Shown here one piece after another: positions 1 through 57,716 of a stretch of 64,000 nucleotides of DNA. Origin of the DNA: an uncultured Acidobacteriota bacterium (GTDB taxonomy: Bacteria > Acidobacteriota > Thermoanaerobaculia > Multivoradales > UBA5704); NCBI GenBank assembly GCA_963770895.1, contig CAVYRF010000002.1, positions 3,904,001-3,968,000 of the forward strand, in the 5' to 3' direction. The notes under the pieces are model-generated. The model worked only from the letters and a program-made list of their open reading frames with translations, did no database searches and was not told the DNA's origin. The position numbers and the translations under genes are program-made. Position 1 is the stretch's first letter; every line of letters starts with the position of its first letter.

Positions 1-87
1 GCGCGGCGGCACCGACCGCGCGCAACGCAAGCGGCAGGCGATCGAGGAGCGCCAGCGCGCCGCGCGGCTCCTCAGGGGGAACCGTTC

Positions 88-91
<4 letters not shown>
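1..91 (+). CDS. 3' end of an upstream gene, probably an NRPS ending in a carrier domain plus docking tail (truncated by window start)
   Basis: Frame 2 reads RGGTDRAQRKRQAIEERQRAARLLRGNRS*. The TGA (89-91) overlaps the GTG start at 88 (GTGA). The basic helical tail resembles the tail of gene 2, which also precedes a KS. Confidence 0.65.
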
Positions 92-19023
<18,932 letters not shown>

Positions 19024-19049
19024 CGCGTGACCACTGGGGGGAGCCGAGC

Positions 19050-48904
<29,855 letters not shown>

Positions 48905-48914
48905 GGGGGGCGCG

Positions 48915-49685
48915 ATGGAACTTGCCAACGTTCGCGCCGTGGTGACCGGAGCCGCTCGCGGTCTCGGGTGGCACTTTGCGCTCGGCCTGCTGGGCGCCGG
49001 TGCCGGCGTCGCCGCCGGCGACCTCGACATCCCCGGTCTGCGCCAGCTCAAGCAGGCGGCGGCGACGCTGCCCGGCACCCTGGTGGCGTCGGCGCTGGAC
49101 GTGGCGGACGAGGCGTCGGCGGCGGCGTTCGTCGATCTCGCGTGGACGCGGCTCGGCAGCTGCAACGTGCTGATCAACAACGCCGGCATCCTGCGCGACG
49201 GCGTTCTGGTGAGCCGCGAGCCGGGGGGGACGCGCAAGCTGCCCAGCGCGCAGTGGGACCGGGTGCTGGAGGTCAACCTCAAGGGGCCGTTCCTGCTGGC
49301 GCGCGAGTTCGCCGCGCGGTGGGTGGAGGCGGGGGACGGCGGCGGTCTGATCGTCAATATCTCCTCGCTGGCGCGGGCGGGCAACGCCGGGCAGTCCAAC
49401 TACGCGGCCGCCAAGGCGGGGCTCGACGCGGCGACGCGCACCTGGGCGCTGGAGCTGGCGCCGTTCGGCATCCGGGTCGCCGGCGTGGCGCCGGGAGTGA
49501 TCGATACGCCGATCCTGGCCGGGGTGTCGGCAGCCGCCCTCGAAGAGCTCAGGAAGGCCATCCTGATCGGGCGCCTGGGGCGCCCCGAGGAGGTGTGGCA
49601 GGCGGTGCGGTTCGTCATCGAATGCGATTTCTTCAACGGCCGGATTCTCGAAGTGGACGGCGGAGCTCGCATGGGCGCCGTGTGA
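48915..49685 (+). CDS. Short-chain dehydrogenase/reductase, FabG-like
   Basis: Start reassigned to ATG 48915, 10 nt after the NRPS stop. Motifs TGAARGLG, NNAG, YAAAK. Confidence 0.9.
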   Translation: MELANVRAVVTGAARGLGWHFALGLLGAGAGVAAGDLDIPGLRQLKQAAATLPGTLVASALDVADEASAAAFVDLAWTRLGSCNVLINNAGILRDGVLVSREPGGTRKLPSAQWDRVLEVNLKGPFLLAREFAARWVEAGDGGGLIVNISSLARAGNAGQSNYAAAKAGLDAATRTWALELAPFGIRVAGVAPGVIDTPILAGVSAAALEELRKAILIGRLGRPEEVWQAVRFVIECDFFNGRILEVDGGARMGAV

Positions 49686-49735
49686 GCGTGCCGCGAGAGA
49701 ACCGGCGAGAGCCAGAGAGCTGAGGGACCAACGCC

Positions 49736-51757
49736 ATGTACGTGCTGGGTGTTCACGGTGGGTTGCGGCGCGATTTCGAAGAGGGCGGCACGGACTATCG
49801 CTGGCACGACAGCGCCGCGGTGCTGGTCAAGGACTACGAGGTGATCGCCGCCATCGAGCAGGAGCGGCTCAATCGGGTCAAGCATTCGAACGCCTTCCCC
49901 GCCGACGCGGTGCGCTGCTGCCTTGCCGAGGGCGGCATCGGGTTGGACCAGGTGGATGCCGTCGCGGTCAACCTGTCGCGCGCCACGGTCGATCTGCTGG
50001 CGATGACGCACACCCTGGAGAACCGCAACGAGACGGTGCTTTCCGGGGCGGACCTGCTGGCGGCGCTCTTCCGGCGCGAGTTCGGCGCCGACGTGTCGCG
50101 GCGGCTGCGTTTCTGCAACCACCACCTGGCGCACGCCTACAGCGCCTACCATGCGACCGACTTCGAGCGCTCGCTGGTGATGACGGTGGACGGCGACGGC
50201 GACGGCCTGTGCGGCATGGTGCTGGTCGGCCACGGCGACGACCTGCGCAAGCTGCGTGAGTACCCGGAGCACAAGTCGCTCGGCAGCTGGTACGTGACCA
50301 TGATCCGCATCCTCGGCTACAGCCGGTTCGACGAATACAAGGTGATGGGGCTCGCGCCCTACGGCGATCCCAAGGTCTACGGCGAGCTGTTTCGCAGCCT
50401 CTACCGCTTGCTCGACGACGGCGAGTACGAGCTGCTGCCGACGACGCGCCAGTTCTTTCAGCTCGATCGCGCCGGGGTCCTTGCCCACATCCGCAAGAAG
50501 GCCGAGCCGTTCACCCAGGTGCACAAGGATCTCGCCGCCGCCCTGCAGGCGGCGCTCGAAGACATCGTGATGCACATCCTGCGGCACTTCCAGCGCGAGA
50601 CGCGCGAGGAGCGGCTCTGCCTGGCCGGCGGAGTGGCGCACAACTGCAGCCTGAACGGGCGGATTCTCTACTCCGGCATGTTCAAGGAGGTCTTCGTGCA
50701 GCCGGCGGCGCACGACGCCGGCACCACGCTCGGCGCCGCCTGGTCGGTGCTGCACGAGGCCGGCATCCGGCGGCCGCGGCGGCGCATGACCCACCTCTAC
50801 CTGGGCCGCGGGATCGGCGGCGACGGCGAGATCGAGCGCGAGCTCGCGGCCTGGCGGGATCTCGTCGACTTCGAGCCGGTCGCGGGGATCGCGGCGCGCA
50901 CCGCGCGGCTGCTCGCCGACGGCGCGGTGGTGGCATGGGTGCAGGGGCGCTCCGAGTTCGGGCCGCGCGCCCTCGGCAACCGCAGCATCCTCGCCGACCC
51001 GCGGCCGGCCGACAACAAGGAGCGGATCAACCGCATGGTGAAGAAGCGGGAAGGGTACCGCCCGTTCGCTCCGTCGGTGCAGCAGGAGCGGGCGGGCGAG
51101 TTCTTCGTGGTGACGCCGGCACAGCCGGACTACGCCTTCATGATCTTCGTGCTCGACGTGCAGAAGAGCCGTCAGGCGGAGCTCGGCGCGATCACCCACG
51201 TCGACGGCACGGCGCGCGTGCACACCGTGGCGCGCGAGGCGAACCCGCGCTACTGGGAACTGCTAGACGAGTTCGGCAAGCTGACCGGCGTGCCGATGCT
51301 GCTCAACACCTCGTTCAACAACCACGCCGAGCCGATCGTCGATTCGGTCGAGGATGCGATCGTCTGCTACCTGACGACGGGGCTCGACTACCTGGTGATC
51401 GGCGATTTCCTGGTCAGCAAGCGCGCGGAGGCGGAGGCGCGGGTGCTCGAGCTCGCCGCGAGCCTGGCGCGCACCAAGAAGCTGGTGCGCCGCACCTCCC
51501 CCGACGGGGCGCCGCAGGGGCGGGAGCGGGAGCCGGCGTATTCGATCGACAGCATGGCAAGCGCCTATTTCGGCGAGACCCGGGCGCCGATCTCGGCGGA
51601 GCTGTTCCATCTCCTGGTGCGGGGCGGCGGCGGCGGCCTGGGCGCGGCGGCGCGAGCGTCGGGGATCGCCTCGCCGGAGGCGCTCGGGCGTCTCGCGGCG
51701 GAAGTGCAGGATCTCTGGGGGCGCCGCATGATCGCTCTGCGCCCGCCCGCCAACTGA
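49736..51757 (+). CDS. Carbamoyltransferase (CmcH/NodU/TobZ family)
   Basis: HDSAA, HHLAHA, EYKVMGLAPYG, GGVAHNC, EFGPRALGNRS, RPFAPS, HVDGTAR, LNTSFN. Confidence 0.95.
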   Translation: MYVLGVHGGLRRDFEEGGTDYRWHDSAAVLVKDYEVIAAIEQERLNRVKHSNAFPADAVRCCLAEGGIGLDQVDAVAVNLSRATVDLLAMTHTLENRNETVLSGADLLAALFRREFGADVSRRLRFCNHHLAHAYSAYHATDFERSLVMTVDGDGDGLCGMVLVGHGDDLRKLREYPEHKSLGSWYVTMIRILGYSRFDEYKVMGLAPYGDPKVYGELFRSLYRLLDDGEYELLPTTRQFFQLDRAGVLAHIRKKAEPFTQVHKDLAAALQAALEDIVMHILRHFQRETREERLCLAGGVAHNCSLNGRILYSGMFKEVFVQPAAHDAGTTLGAAWSVLHEAGIRRPRRRMTHLYLGRGIGGDGEIERELAAWRDLVDFEPVAGIAARTARLLADGAVVAWVQGRSEFGPRALGNRSILADPRPADNKERINRMVKKREGYRPFAPSVQQERAGEFFVVTPAQPDYAFMIFVLDVQKSRQAELGAITHVDGTARVHTVAREANPRYWELLDEFGKLTGVPMLLNTSFNNHAEPIVDSVEDAIVCYLTTGLDYLVIGDFLVSKRAEAEARVLELAASLARTKKLVRRTSPDGAPQGREREPAYSIDSMASAYFGETRAPISAELFHLLVRGGGGGLGAAARASGIASPEALGRLAAEVQDLWGRRMIALRPPAN

Positions 51758-51799
51758 CCGCCGTCTCGTGTTCAACTGCAAGGAAAGGGGAAGTGTGCG

Positions 51800-53266
51800 A
51801 TGAAGAAGGCGAGAGTCATCCTCAACGATCCGGCGGAGCCGCCCTTCCGCGGTTCGCCCTCGGTGATCAACGCGGCGCTCAACGATACCCTGCGCGGACT
51901 GGGCTATGAGCTGGCGTGCCTGTACGGCCGGCGCAACTGGCGGGAGGCCGGCACCTTCCTGCCGGTCGAGGAGGCGCGGCAGGTGGTGCGGCTGCGCGCC
52001 CAGGGGGAGTTCGACCTCGAGGTGCGCTGCAACGTTTCGGTGGTGCAGTACCCGTTGGTGCGCCAGGGGGCGCAGAAGAACGTGGTGTTTTTCCATGCGC
52101 TCGTCGGCTATCCGGGATGGTGGCTCGGCAACCAGGTCGTCGACGGCTTCTGGTGCAACTCGGACTACCTGGCACGGGTGGTCGCGTCGCTCCTGGCGAC
52201 GCCGGATTGGGAGCGCGGCGCGCTGCTCGACCCGCGGGCGTTCGCGCTCGCCGGCCGCATCACCCTTCCCCTGCCCTGGCTCGACCGGCCCGAGGGCGTC
52301 CTGGTGGACGGGCCGGAGGCGCTGCCGCAGATCGCCGAGGAGGCGTTGCAGGGCAACGACATCCTGGGCCACTGCGTGGCCGGCAAGCTGGACGAGAAGG
52401 CGGTCTACAGCACCATGCTGGCGCTCAACATGATGGCGGCGCAGGGCGGGCTCGGCCGGCGCTTCCGGCTGTTCGTGGAACGGTTTCTCTACGACGGCAT
52501 GAAGGGCGCGCTGAGCGCCGACACCGGAGCGGTGCCGTCCGAGTTCGCGCCGCTCAAGGCGGCCTTGGGGCAGCTCGGCATGACGATCGACGACATCCTG
52601 ATTCCGGTGCCGAGGCTCGCCCAGGCGGCGCTCTTCCGGCTGATGCGGGGATGCCGGTTCGGGCTCTTCTATCACTGGTTTCCCGAGCCGTTCGGGCTCC
52701 ACCCCCTGGAGTCGGTCTGCCTGGGATGCCCGATCTACACCAACGGCGCCGGCAACCTGCGCTACCTGTTGCCGGAAGGGCACGGCATCACGGTGTTCGA
52801 GACCGAAGGCATGGCGTTCGGCAACGTCGCCGAGTACCGCGCGGTGGCGGAGCGGATCTTCCGCGACGCGGTGCTGAGCCCGGCGGCCGCCGGCGCGGAG
52901 GCATGCAGGCGCGGCGCCGACTACATCGCGCGCACCTACACCCGCGAGGCGATGCGGCAGGACGTGGCGGCGCGCCTGGCGGCGCTGACCGAGGCGCCGG
53001 TCGAGACGGCGCTCGCGGCGACGCGGGTGGCGCTCAGCCCGCTCGTGCGCTCGTGGAACCCGCAGAGCCGGCGCGTCGTCTCGGACTACCGCAGCGTCGA
53101 GTTGAGCGCCGAGCAGAGCGCAACGCTCGGCGAGGTGGTGGGGCGGTCGGGCGGCGACGTCGGCGGCGACCGCGCGCTGCGCGAGCGGGCCGGCGAGCTG
53201 TTCGATCTGGGCGTCCTGGCACTGCAGCCGGCGGCGGCCGGCGGCGCGCCGGCGGAGGCGGGGTGA
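51800..53266 (+). CDS. Divergent GT-B (GT4-like) glycosyltransferase
   Basis: EPFGLHPLESVCLGCPIYTNGAG matches the GT4 E-x7-E nucleotide-sugar motif; CNSDYLA resembles the GT4 '(V/C)NSxxxa' motif. Confidence 0.65.
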   Translation: MKKARVILNDPAEPPFRGSPSVINAALNDTLRGLGYELACLYGRRNWREAGTFLPVEEARQVVRLRAQGEFDLEVRCNVSVVQYPLVRQGAQKNVVFFHALVGYPGWWLGNQVVDGFWCNSDYLARVVASLLATPDWERGALLDPRAFALAGRITLPLPWLDRPEGVLVDGPEALPQIAEEALQGNDILGHCVAGKLDEKAVYSTMLALNMMAAQGGLGRRFRLFVERFLYDGMKGALSADTGAVPSEFAPLKAALGQLGMTIDDILIPVPRLAQAALFRLMRGCRFGLFYHWFPEPFGLHPLESVCLGCPIYTNGAGNLRYLLPEGHGITVFETEGMAFGNVAEYRAVAERIFRDAVLSPAAAGAEACRRGADYIARTYTREAMRQDVAARLAALTEAPVETALAATRVALSPLVRSWNPQSRRVVSDYRSVELSAEQSATLGEVVGRSGGDVGGDRALRERAGELFDLGVLALQPAAAGGAPAEAG

Positions 53267-53277
53267 CGCGGCGGCGC

Positions 53278-54642
53278 TCAGATCTCGAGCACGATGCCTT
53301 CGGTGGCGCCGTGCGCCGAGTTGATCACGCCGTCGCCGGTCCCCTTGGGCATCATGCGCAGGAAGGCTCCGCCGTAGAGCTTGCCGAAGCAGAAGAGGCC
53401 CCAGATCACGTCATGCGCCGTCCAGCCGTGCGGGCCGGCCTGGTAGAGATAGGGTTTCGATTCGACGAACTCCTGCGCCAGCCAGCCGGCCTGGCCCAGG
53501 GTCGCGCCGACGATCGATTGCCAGTCGGTGGGGGAGGTGTGGCGCCCCACGTGAACGTCCATTCCCTTGAGGCCGTGGGCCGGTTTGATCACCAGGTCCT
53601 GGCGATGCTCCATGAGGATGTCGCGCAGCGGACCGCTCGCGTCGCGGAAGGAGGTGTGCGCGGTCGTCAGGTCGCGCGACCAGGGTATGTGCTTGGCGAT
53701 GAGCTGCCGTTCGGCGGCGGAGAAGGCGTCGGAGTCCGCATGCCGTGAGAGCAGGCCGAGGTTGCGCTTGTCGCTCAGCAGCGGGCCCAGGGGGCCGGGA
53801 TAGAGGTTTACCCGGCCGCTCTTGAAAGCGCGGAAGATCTGCTCCGATTCGTTCGGATACATCTCGACGATCGCATGGATCGGCCAGCCGTTTTCGTGCA
53901 CCATCCCGTTGCGCACCGTCATGCGCTCGTAGCTGCACACCCGCACCTGGCCCTCGAGCCCGCGGCCGTCCGCTGCGAGGATGCCGGCGTAGAGACGGTT
54001 GAACGCCCGCAGCTCCTGGGGATCGTTGACCTGGTGATCGGGCGGGAAGGCGATTCCGAGGTTGAGGGTACCGCCGGCGCAGACCGCGGTGTCCAGGTTG
54101 TCGAGCACCACGTGGCGGAAGAGCAGGGCGAACGGATCGCGGTGGCGGGGCCGCAGCGCATGCTCCTCATGGAAGCGCGAGAGCACCGGGTGATCCATGA
54201 ACGAGCGCGCGAAATAGCGCATCTGCCAGCCGCCGAGCGAGCCGGCGTTCACCTCCAGGACCTTGAAGCCGTGCTCGGCTTCGATGAAGTCGTGACGGAC
54301 CACGAGTCCCGGCAGGCCGTTCGGCGGCTCCAGCAGGAGGTCGACCAGGGTGGGATCGGGGATGGCGTAGAAGTCGGCGATGCGGCGGCTGTCGTTGGCG
54401 AAGACCCGTGCGAGCAGGGTGCGGATGAGGTCGGTGACGCCGACCGTGGCGCTTTCGATCTCGCGCAGCTTGTCCTGGTCGATATAGGTGGGCCAGGCTT
54501 GGATCGAGAAGTAGCGGCCCAGGGAGGTGGCGCGCAGCCAGTCGGGGTAGCCGGTCGCGAGATGATCGATGGGCCGGGCACGGGCGGGATCCTCCCGCAT
54601 GTAGTTGAGGAAGCGACGCGAAGTGATGACCCCGTTCACCAT
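53278..54642 (-). CDS. ATP-grasp-like amide ligase (circularly permuted ATP-grasp / glutathionylspermidine synthase-like)
   Basis: RHDF...FKVLEVNAGS, LLSDK, IPWSR, LVIKPAHGLKGMDVHVG, WLAQEFV, VINSAHG. Start codon uncertain (54642 or 54600). Confidence 0.7.
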   Translation of the reverse strand: MVNGVITSRRFLNYMREDPARARPIDHLATGYPDWLRATSLGRYFSIQAWPTYIDQDKLREIESATVGVTDLIRTLLARVFANDSRRIADFYAIPDPTLVDLLLEPPNGLPGLVVRHDFIEAEHGFKVLEVNAGSLGGWQMRYFARSFMDHPVLSRFHEEHALRPRHRDPFALLFRHVVLDNLDTAVCAGGTLNLGIAFPPDHQVNDPQELRAFNRLYAGILAADGRGLEGQVRVCSYERMTVRNGMVHENGWPIHAIVEMYPNESEQIFRAFKSGRVNLYPGPLGPLLSDKRNLGLLSRHADSDAFSAAERQLIAKHIPWSRDLTTAHTSFRDASGPLRDILMEHRQDLVIKPAHGLKGMDVHVGRHTSPTDWQSIVGATLGQAGWLAQEFVESKPYLYQAGPHGWTAHDVIWGLFCFGKLYGGAFLRMMPKGTGDGVINSAHGATEGIVLEI

Positions 54643-54669
54643 GGTTTCGATCGCGGCAAGAGGTGATCG

Positions 54670-56394
54670 ATGGCTGAGTTGATCAAGTTGTTTGGCATGC
54701 TTTTTCGCTTCACGCGCGGCAACCCGCGCCTGGTCCGGCTACAGGTGCTGGCGCTGGTGGGAACGTCGATCGTGGCGGGCCTTGCGAACACCGGCCTGCT
54801 GGCGTTGATCAACGCCAGGATCGGCCGCCTGACCGAGCCGGCAGGGCGGCTGGTATGGATCTTCGCCGCTCTTTGCGTGCTTCTGCCCCTGACCCGCTTT
54901 GCCTCGCAGGCATTCCTGGTACACATGTCGCAAAATATCACATACGACTTGCGAATGACCTTGAGCCGGCGCATCCTGGCGGCGCCCCTGCGCACCCTGG
55001 AGGAGCTCGGCGCGGCGCGCCTGCTGGCCACGGTGACCGAGGACATCGGCACCATCATCAACGCCCTCACCAACGTGCCGCTCGTCTGCCTGCAAACAAC
55101 GGTGGTGGTCAGCTGCCTGATCTATCTCGGCTGGCTGCATTGGGGCCTGCTGCTCGTGGTCGTCGCCTTCGTCACCGTGGGCGTGATCAGCTACCGCACG
55201 CCGCTGCGCCGCTCGCTGCGTCATTTTCATCTGGGGCGCGAGAGGTGGGACGAGGTCTTCGAGAGCCTGCGCGGGCTCACCTCCGGGGTCAAGGAGCTCA
55301 AGATGCACGGCGCGCGGCGGGCCGACTTCTTCGCCCGCAAGCTCGAACCGGCCGCGGTGGACCTGCGGCGTCATTTCATCGCCGGCGCGACCATCTCCGC
55401 CGTCGCCAACAGCTGGGGGCAGGTGCTCTTCTTCGTGATCATCGGCCTGCTGCTCTTCGTGCTGCCGGGGAGCGTTTCCCTGAGCCCCAAGGTGCTGGTC
55501 GGCTACACCCTCACGATCCTCTACATGCTGACGCCGCTCGACGTCATGCTCAACGTGCTGCCGACGCTCGGCCGCGCCGTCATCTCGGCGCGCAAGATCG
55601 AGCAGCTGGGGCTGTCGCTCGACGGCGCCGCGAGCGAGCCGGTCGAGGCCGGTGGCGTGCCGGCGCTCGGCGGGTGGCGGTCGGTCGAGCTGGCCGCCGT
55701 CACCCATACCTTCTACCGCGAGGACAGCGACGACAACTTCACGCTCGGTCCCATCGACTTGCACATCAAGCCCGGCGAGCTGGTCTTTCTGATCGGCGGC
55801 AACGGCAGCGGCAAGACCACCCTGGCAAAGCTGCTGCTCGGCCTCTATCGGCCGGAGAGCGGCGAGCTGCGCCTGGACGGCAGGACCGTCACCGACGCCG
55901 ATCGCGACGCCTATCGGCAGCTCTTTTCCGTCGTCTTTTCAGATTTTTTTCTTTTCGATCTGCTGCTCGGCCTGCCTGACCCTCACCTGGACGACAGCGC
56001 CCGCGGCTATCTGCGCAAGCTGCATCTGGAGCGCAAGGTGCGCGTCGAGCAGGGGGCGCTCTCCACCCTCGACCTTTCGCAGGGGCAGCGCAAGCGCCTC
56101 GCCCTGCTCACCGCCTACCTGGAGGACCGCCCCATCTATCTGTTCGACGAATGGGCCGCCGACCAGGACCCCCAGTTCAAGGAGATCTTCTATCTACAGC
56201 TCCTGCCCGAGCTCAAGGCGCGCGGCAAGACCGTTGTCGTCATCAGCCACGACGACCAGTATTACGGCACCGCCGACCGCCTGGTCAAGATCAACTACGG
56301 CCAGCTCGAATACTCCGGCGGCGTTGGCGAATATCTCGCTGCGCTGGCCGCCCAGCGTCCGCCTGCGGACGCCCTGGCGCCGGCGGAGTCGTGA
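54670..56394 (+). CDS. Cyclic-peptide ABC exporter, SyrD/PvdE/YojI family (fused TMD-NBD)
   Basis: N-terminal hydrophobic helices; Walker A GGNGSGKT; LSQGQRKRLAL; DEWAADQDP; RBS AGAGGTG. Confidence 0.93.
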   Translation: MAELIKLFGMLFRFTRGNPRLVRLQVLALVGTSIVAGLANTGLLALINARIGRLTEPAGRLVWIFAALCVLLPLTRFASQAFLVHMSQNITYDLRMTLSRRILAAPLRTLEELGAARLLATVTEDIGTIINALTNVPLVCLQTTVVVSCLIYLGWLHWGLLLVVVAFVTVGVISYRTPLRRSLRHFHLGRERWDEVFESLRGLTSGVKELKMHGARRADFFARKLEPAAVDLRRHFIAGATISAVANSWGQVLFFVIIGLLLFVLPGSVSLSPKVLVGYTLTILYMLTPLDVMLNVLPTLGRAVISARKIEQLGLSLDGAASEPVEAGGVPALGGWRSVELAAVTHTFYREDSDDNFTLGPIDLHIKPGELVFLIGGNGSGKTTLAKLLLGLYRPESGELRLDGRTVTDADRDAYRQLFSVVFSDFFLFDLLLGLPDPHLDDSARGYLRKLHLERKVRVEQGALSTLDLSQGQRKRLALLTAYLEDRPIYLFDEWAADQDPQFKEIFYLQLLPELKARGKTVVVISHDDQYYGTADRLVKINYGQLEYSGGVGEYLAALAAQRPPADALAPAES

Positions 56395-56562
56395 GACTTC
56401 GCGACGGCGGCGACGGCGACGATCAAGGAAGACGACGCCGGATTGGCAAAACGCCGTCGACGCATCAGCGGACTTGTTGCAAACACTTATTGGCGCTATG
56501 CTTGGAACGCCGCCCGACGGCGCGCCGCCGCGCCGCCGCGCCGCCGCAAGAAAGGATAGCCC

Positions 56563-57612
56563 GTGATCGACAACCCCGAGAGCGCCCCTGCCGCAGGCGG
56601 GATTCAGGGTCGGGCGCGGCGCCGCTCCATCGGTCTGACGCTCGAAAACCTGATCGAAACCCGCACCCTGACACCGCTGGGCGAGCTGCCCCTGGTGATC
56701 TCGCCGCGCGTCCCGGGGCTCGATCTCGCGGTGTGGGCGGCCGATCAACGCGGCTTCGTCGAGGCGAGCCTGCTGCGTCACGGCGGGATCCTCTTCCGCG
56801 GTTTCGCCATCGATCAGCCGCAGAAGCTCGAGACCTTCATCCATGCGATCTCCGGCGAGGCGCTCGAGTACCGCGAGCGCTCGTCGCCGCGCAGCGCCGT
56901 CGAAGGCCGTATCTATACTTCGACCGACTATCCGCCGACGCACTCGATCTTCCTGCACAACGAGAACTCCTACCAGACCGTCTGGCCGCTCAAGATCTTC
57001 TTCTGCTGCCAGACCCCGGCGGCTGAGGGCGGCGAGACGCCGATCGCCGACTGCCGGCGCGTGCTCGCCGGCATGGACCCCGCGGTGCGCGACCGCTTCA
57101 TCGACAAGGGGTGGATGTATGTGCGCAATTTCGGCGACGGTCTGGGGCTCGACTGGCCCACGGTCTTCCAGACCTCCGACAAGGCCGCGGTCGAGGAGCA
57201 CTGCCGCAAGAGCGGCATCCAGGTGGAGTGGAAGGCCGGCGATCGCCTGCGCACCCGCGCCATCCGGCCGGCGGTGACCCGGCATCCGAAGAGCGGCGAG
57301 ATGCTCTGGTTCAATCACGCTACCTTCTTCCACGTCTCGACCCTGGCGCCCGACATCCGCCGGGCCCTGCGCGCCGAGTTCACCGACGACGAGCTGCCGG
57401 CCAACACCTATTACGGCGACGGCAGCCCGATCGAGCCCGAAACGCTGGATCATCTGCGCCGTCTCTACGAGCAGGAGACGCTCTGCTTCCCATGGGAGAA
57501 GGGCGACGTCATGCTGCTCGACAACATGGTCGTCGCACACGGCCGCTCACCCTTCCGCGGCGAGCGCAAGATCCTGGTGGGCATGGCCGAGCCGGTACAG
57601 CGCGAAGCTTGA
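56563..57612 (+). CDS. SyrP-like TauD/TfdA Fe(II)/2-oxoglutarate dioxygenase (carrier-bound amino-acid beta-hydroxylase)
   Basis: HGGILFRGF, YTSTDYP, facial triad HNE...H (IFLHNENSY; DNMVVAHGR), WFNHA. Confidence 0.9.
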   Translation: MIDNPESAPAAGGIQGRARRRSIGLTLENLIETRTLTPLGELPLVISPRVPGLDLAVWAADQRGFVEASLLRHGGILFRGFAIDQPQKLETFIHAISGEALEYRERSSPRSAVEGRIYTSTDYPPTHSIFLHNENSYQTVWPLKIFFCCQTPAAEGGETPIADCRRVLAGMDPAVRDRFIDKGWMYVRNFGDGLGLDWPTVFQTSDKAAVEEHCRKSGIQVEWKAGDRLRTRAIRPAVTRHPKSGEMLWFNHATFFHVSTLAPDIRRALRAEFTDDELPANTYYGDGSPIEPETLDHLRRLYEQETLCFPWEKGDVMLLDNMVVAHGRSPFRGERKILVGMAEPVQREA

Positions 57613-57628
57613 CCGGCAGCGCTCGCCT

Positions 57629-57674
57629 CCCTCCCCCCAGGCCCGATTGCGGGCGCGCCGCAATCGGGGCAACC
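57629..57674. repeat. Palindromic REP-like element, copy 1 (possible bidirectional terminator)
   Basis: CCCTCCCCCCAGGCCCGATTGCGG-GCGCG-CCGCAATCGGGGCAACC, with a perfect 11-bp stem (57642-57652/57658-57668). It lies between convergent genes. Confidence 0.8.
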
Positions 57675-57716
57675 CAGGCAGACCTCGCGGAACGCGGGGG
57701 CCGGCGCCGCCAGGTC

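Noticed and set aside
56521-56547. (CGCGCCGC)n tandem run upstream of the TauD gene
   Set aside because: Only about three copies of a pure-GC 8-mer; expected by chance at this GC content.
54670-57612. Calling the product a siderophore from the PvdE-like exporter and beta-hydroxylase
   Set aside because: No Asp/Orn modules, TonB receptor or recognisable Fur box in the window; both gene families also occur in non-siderophore clusters.
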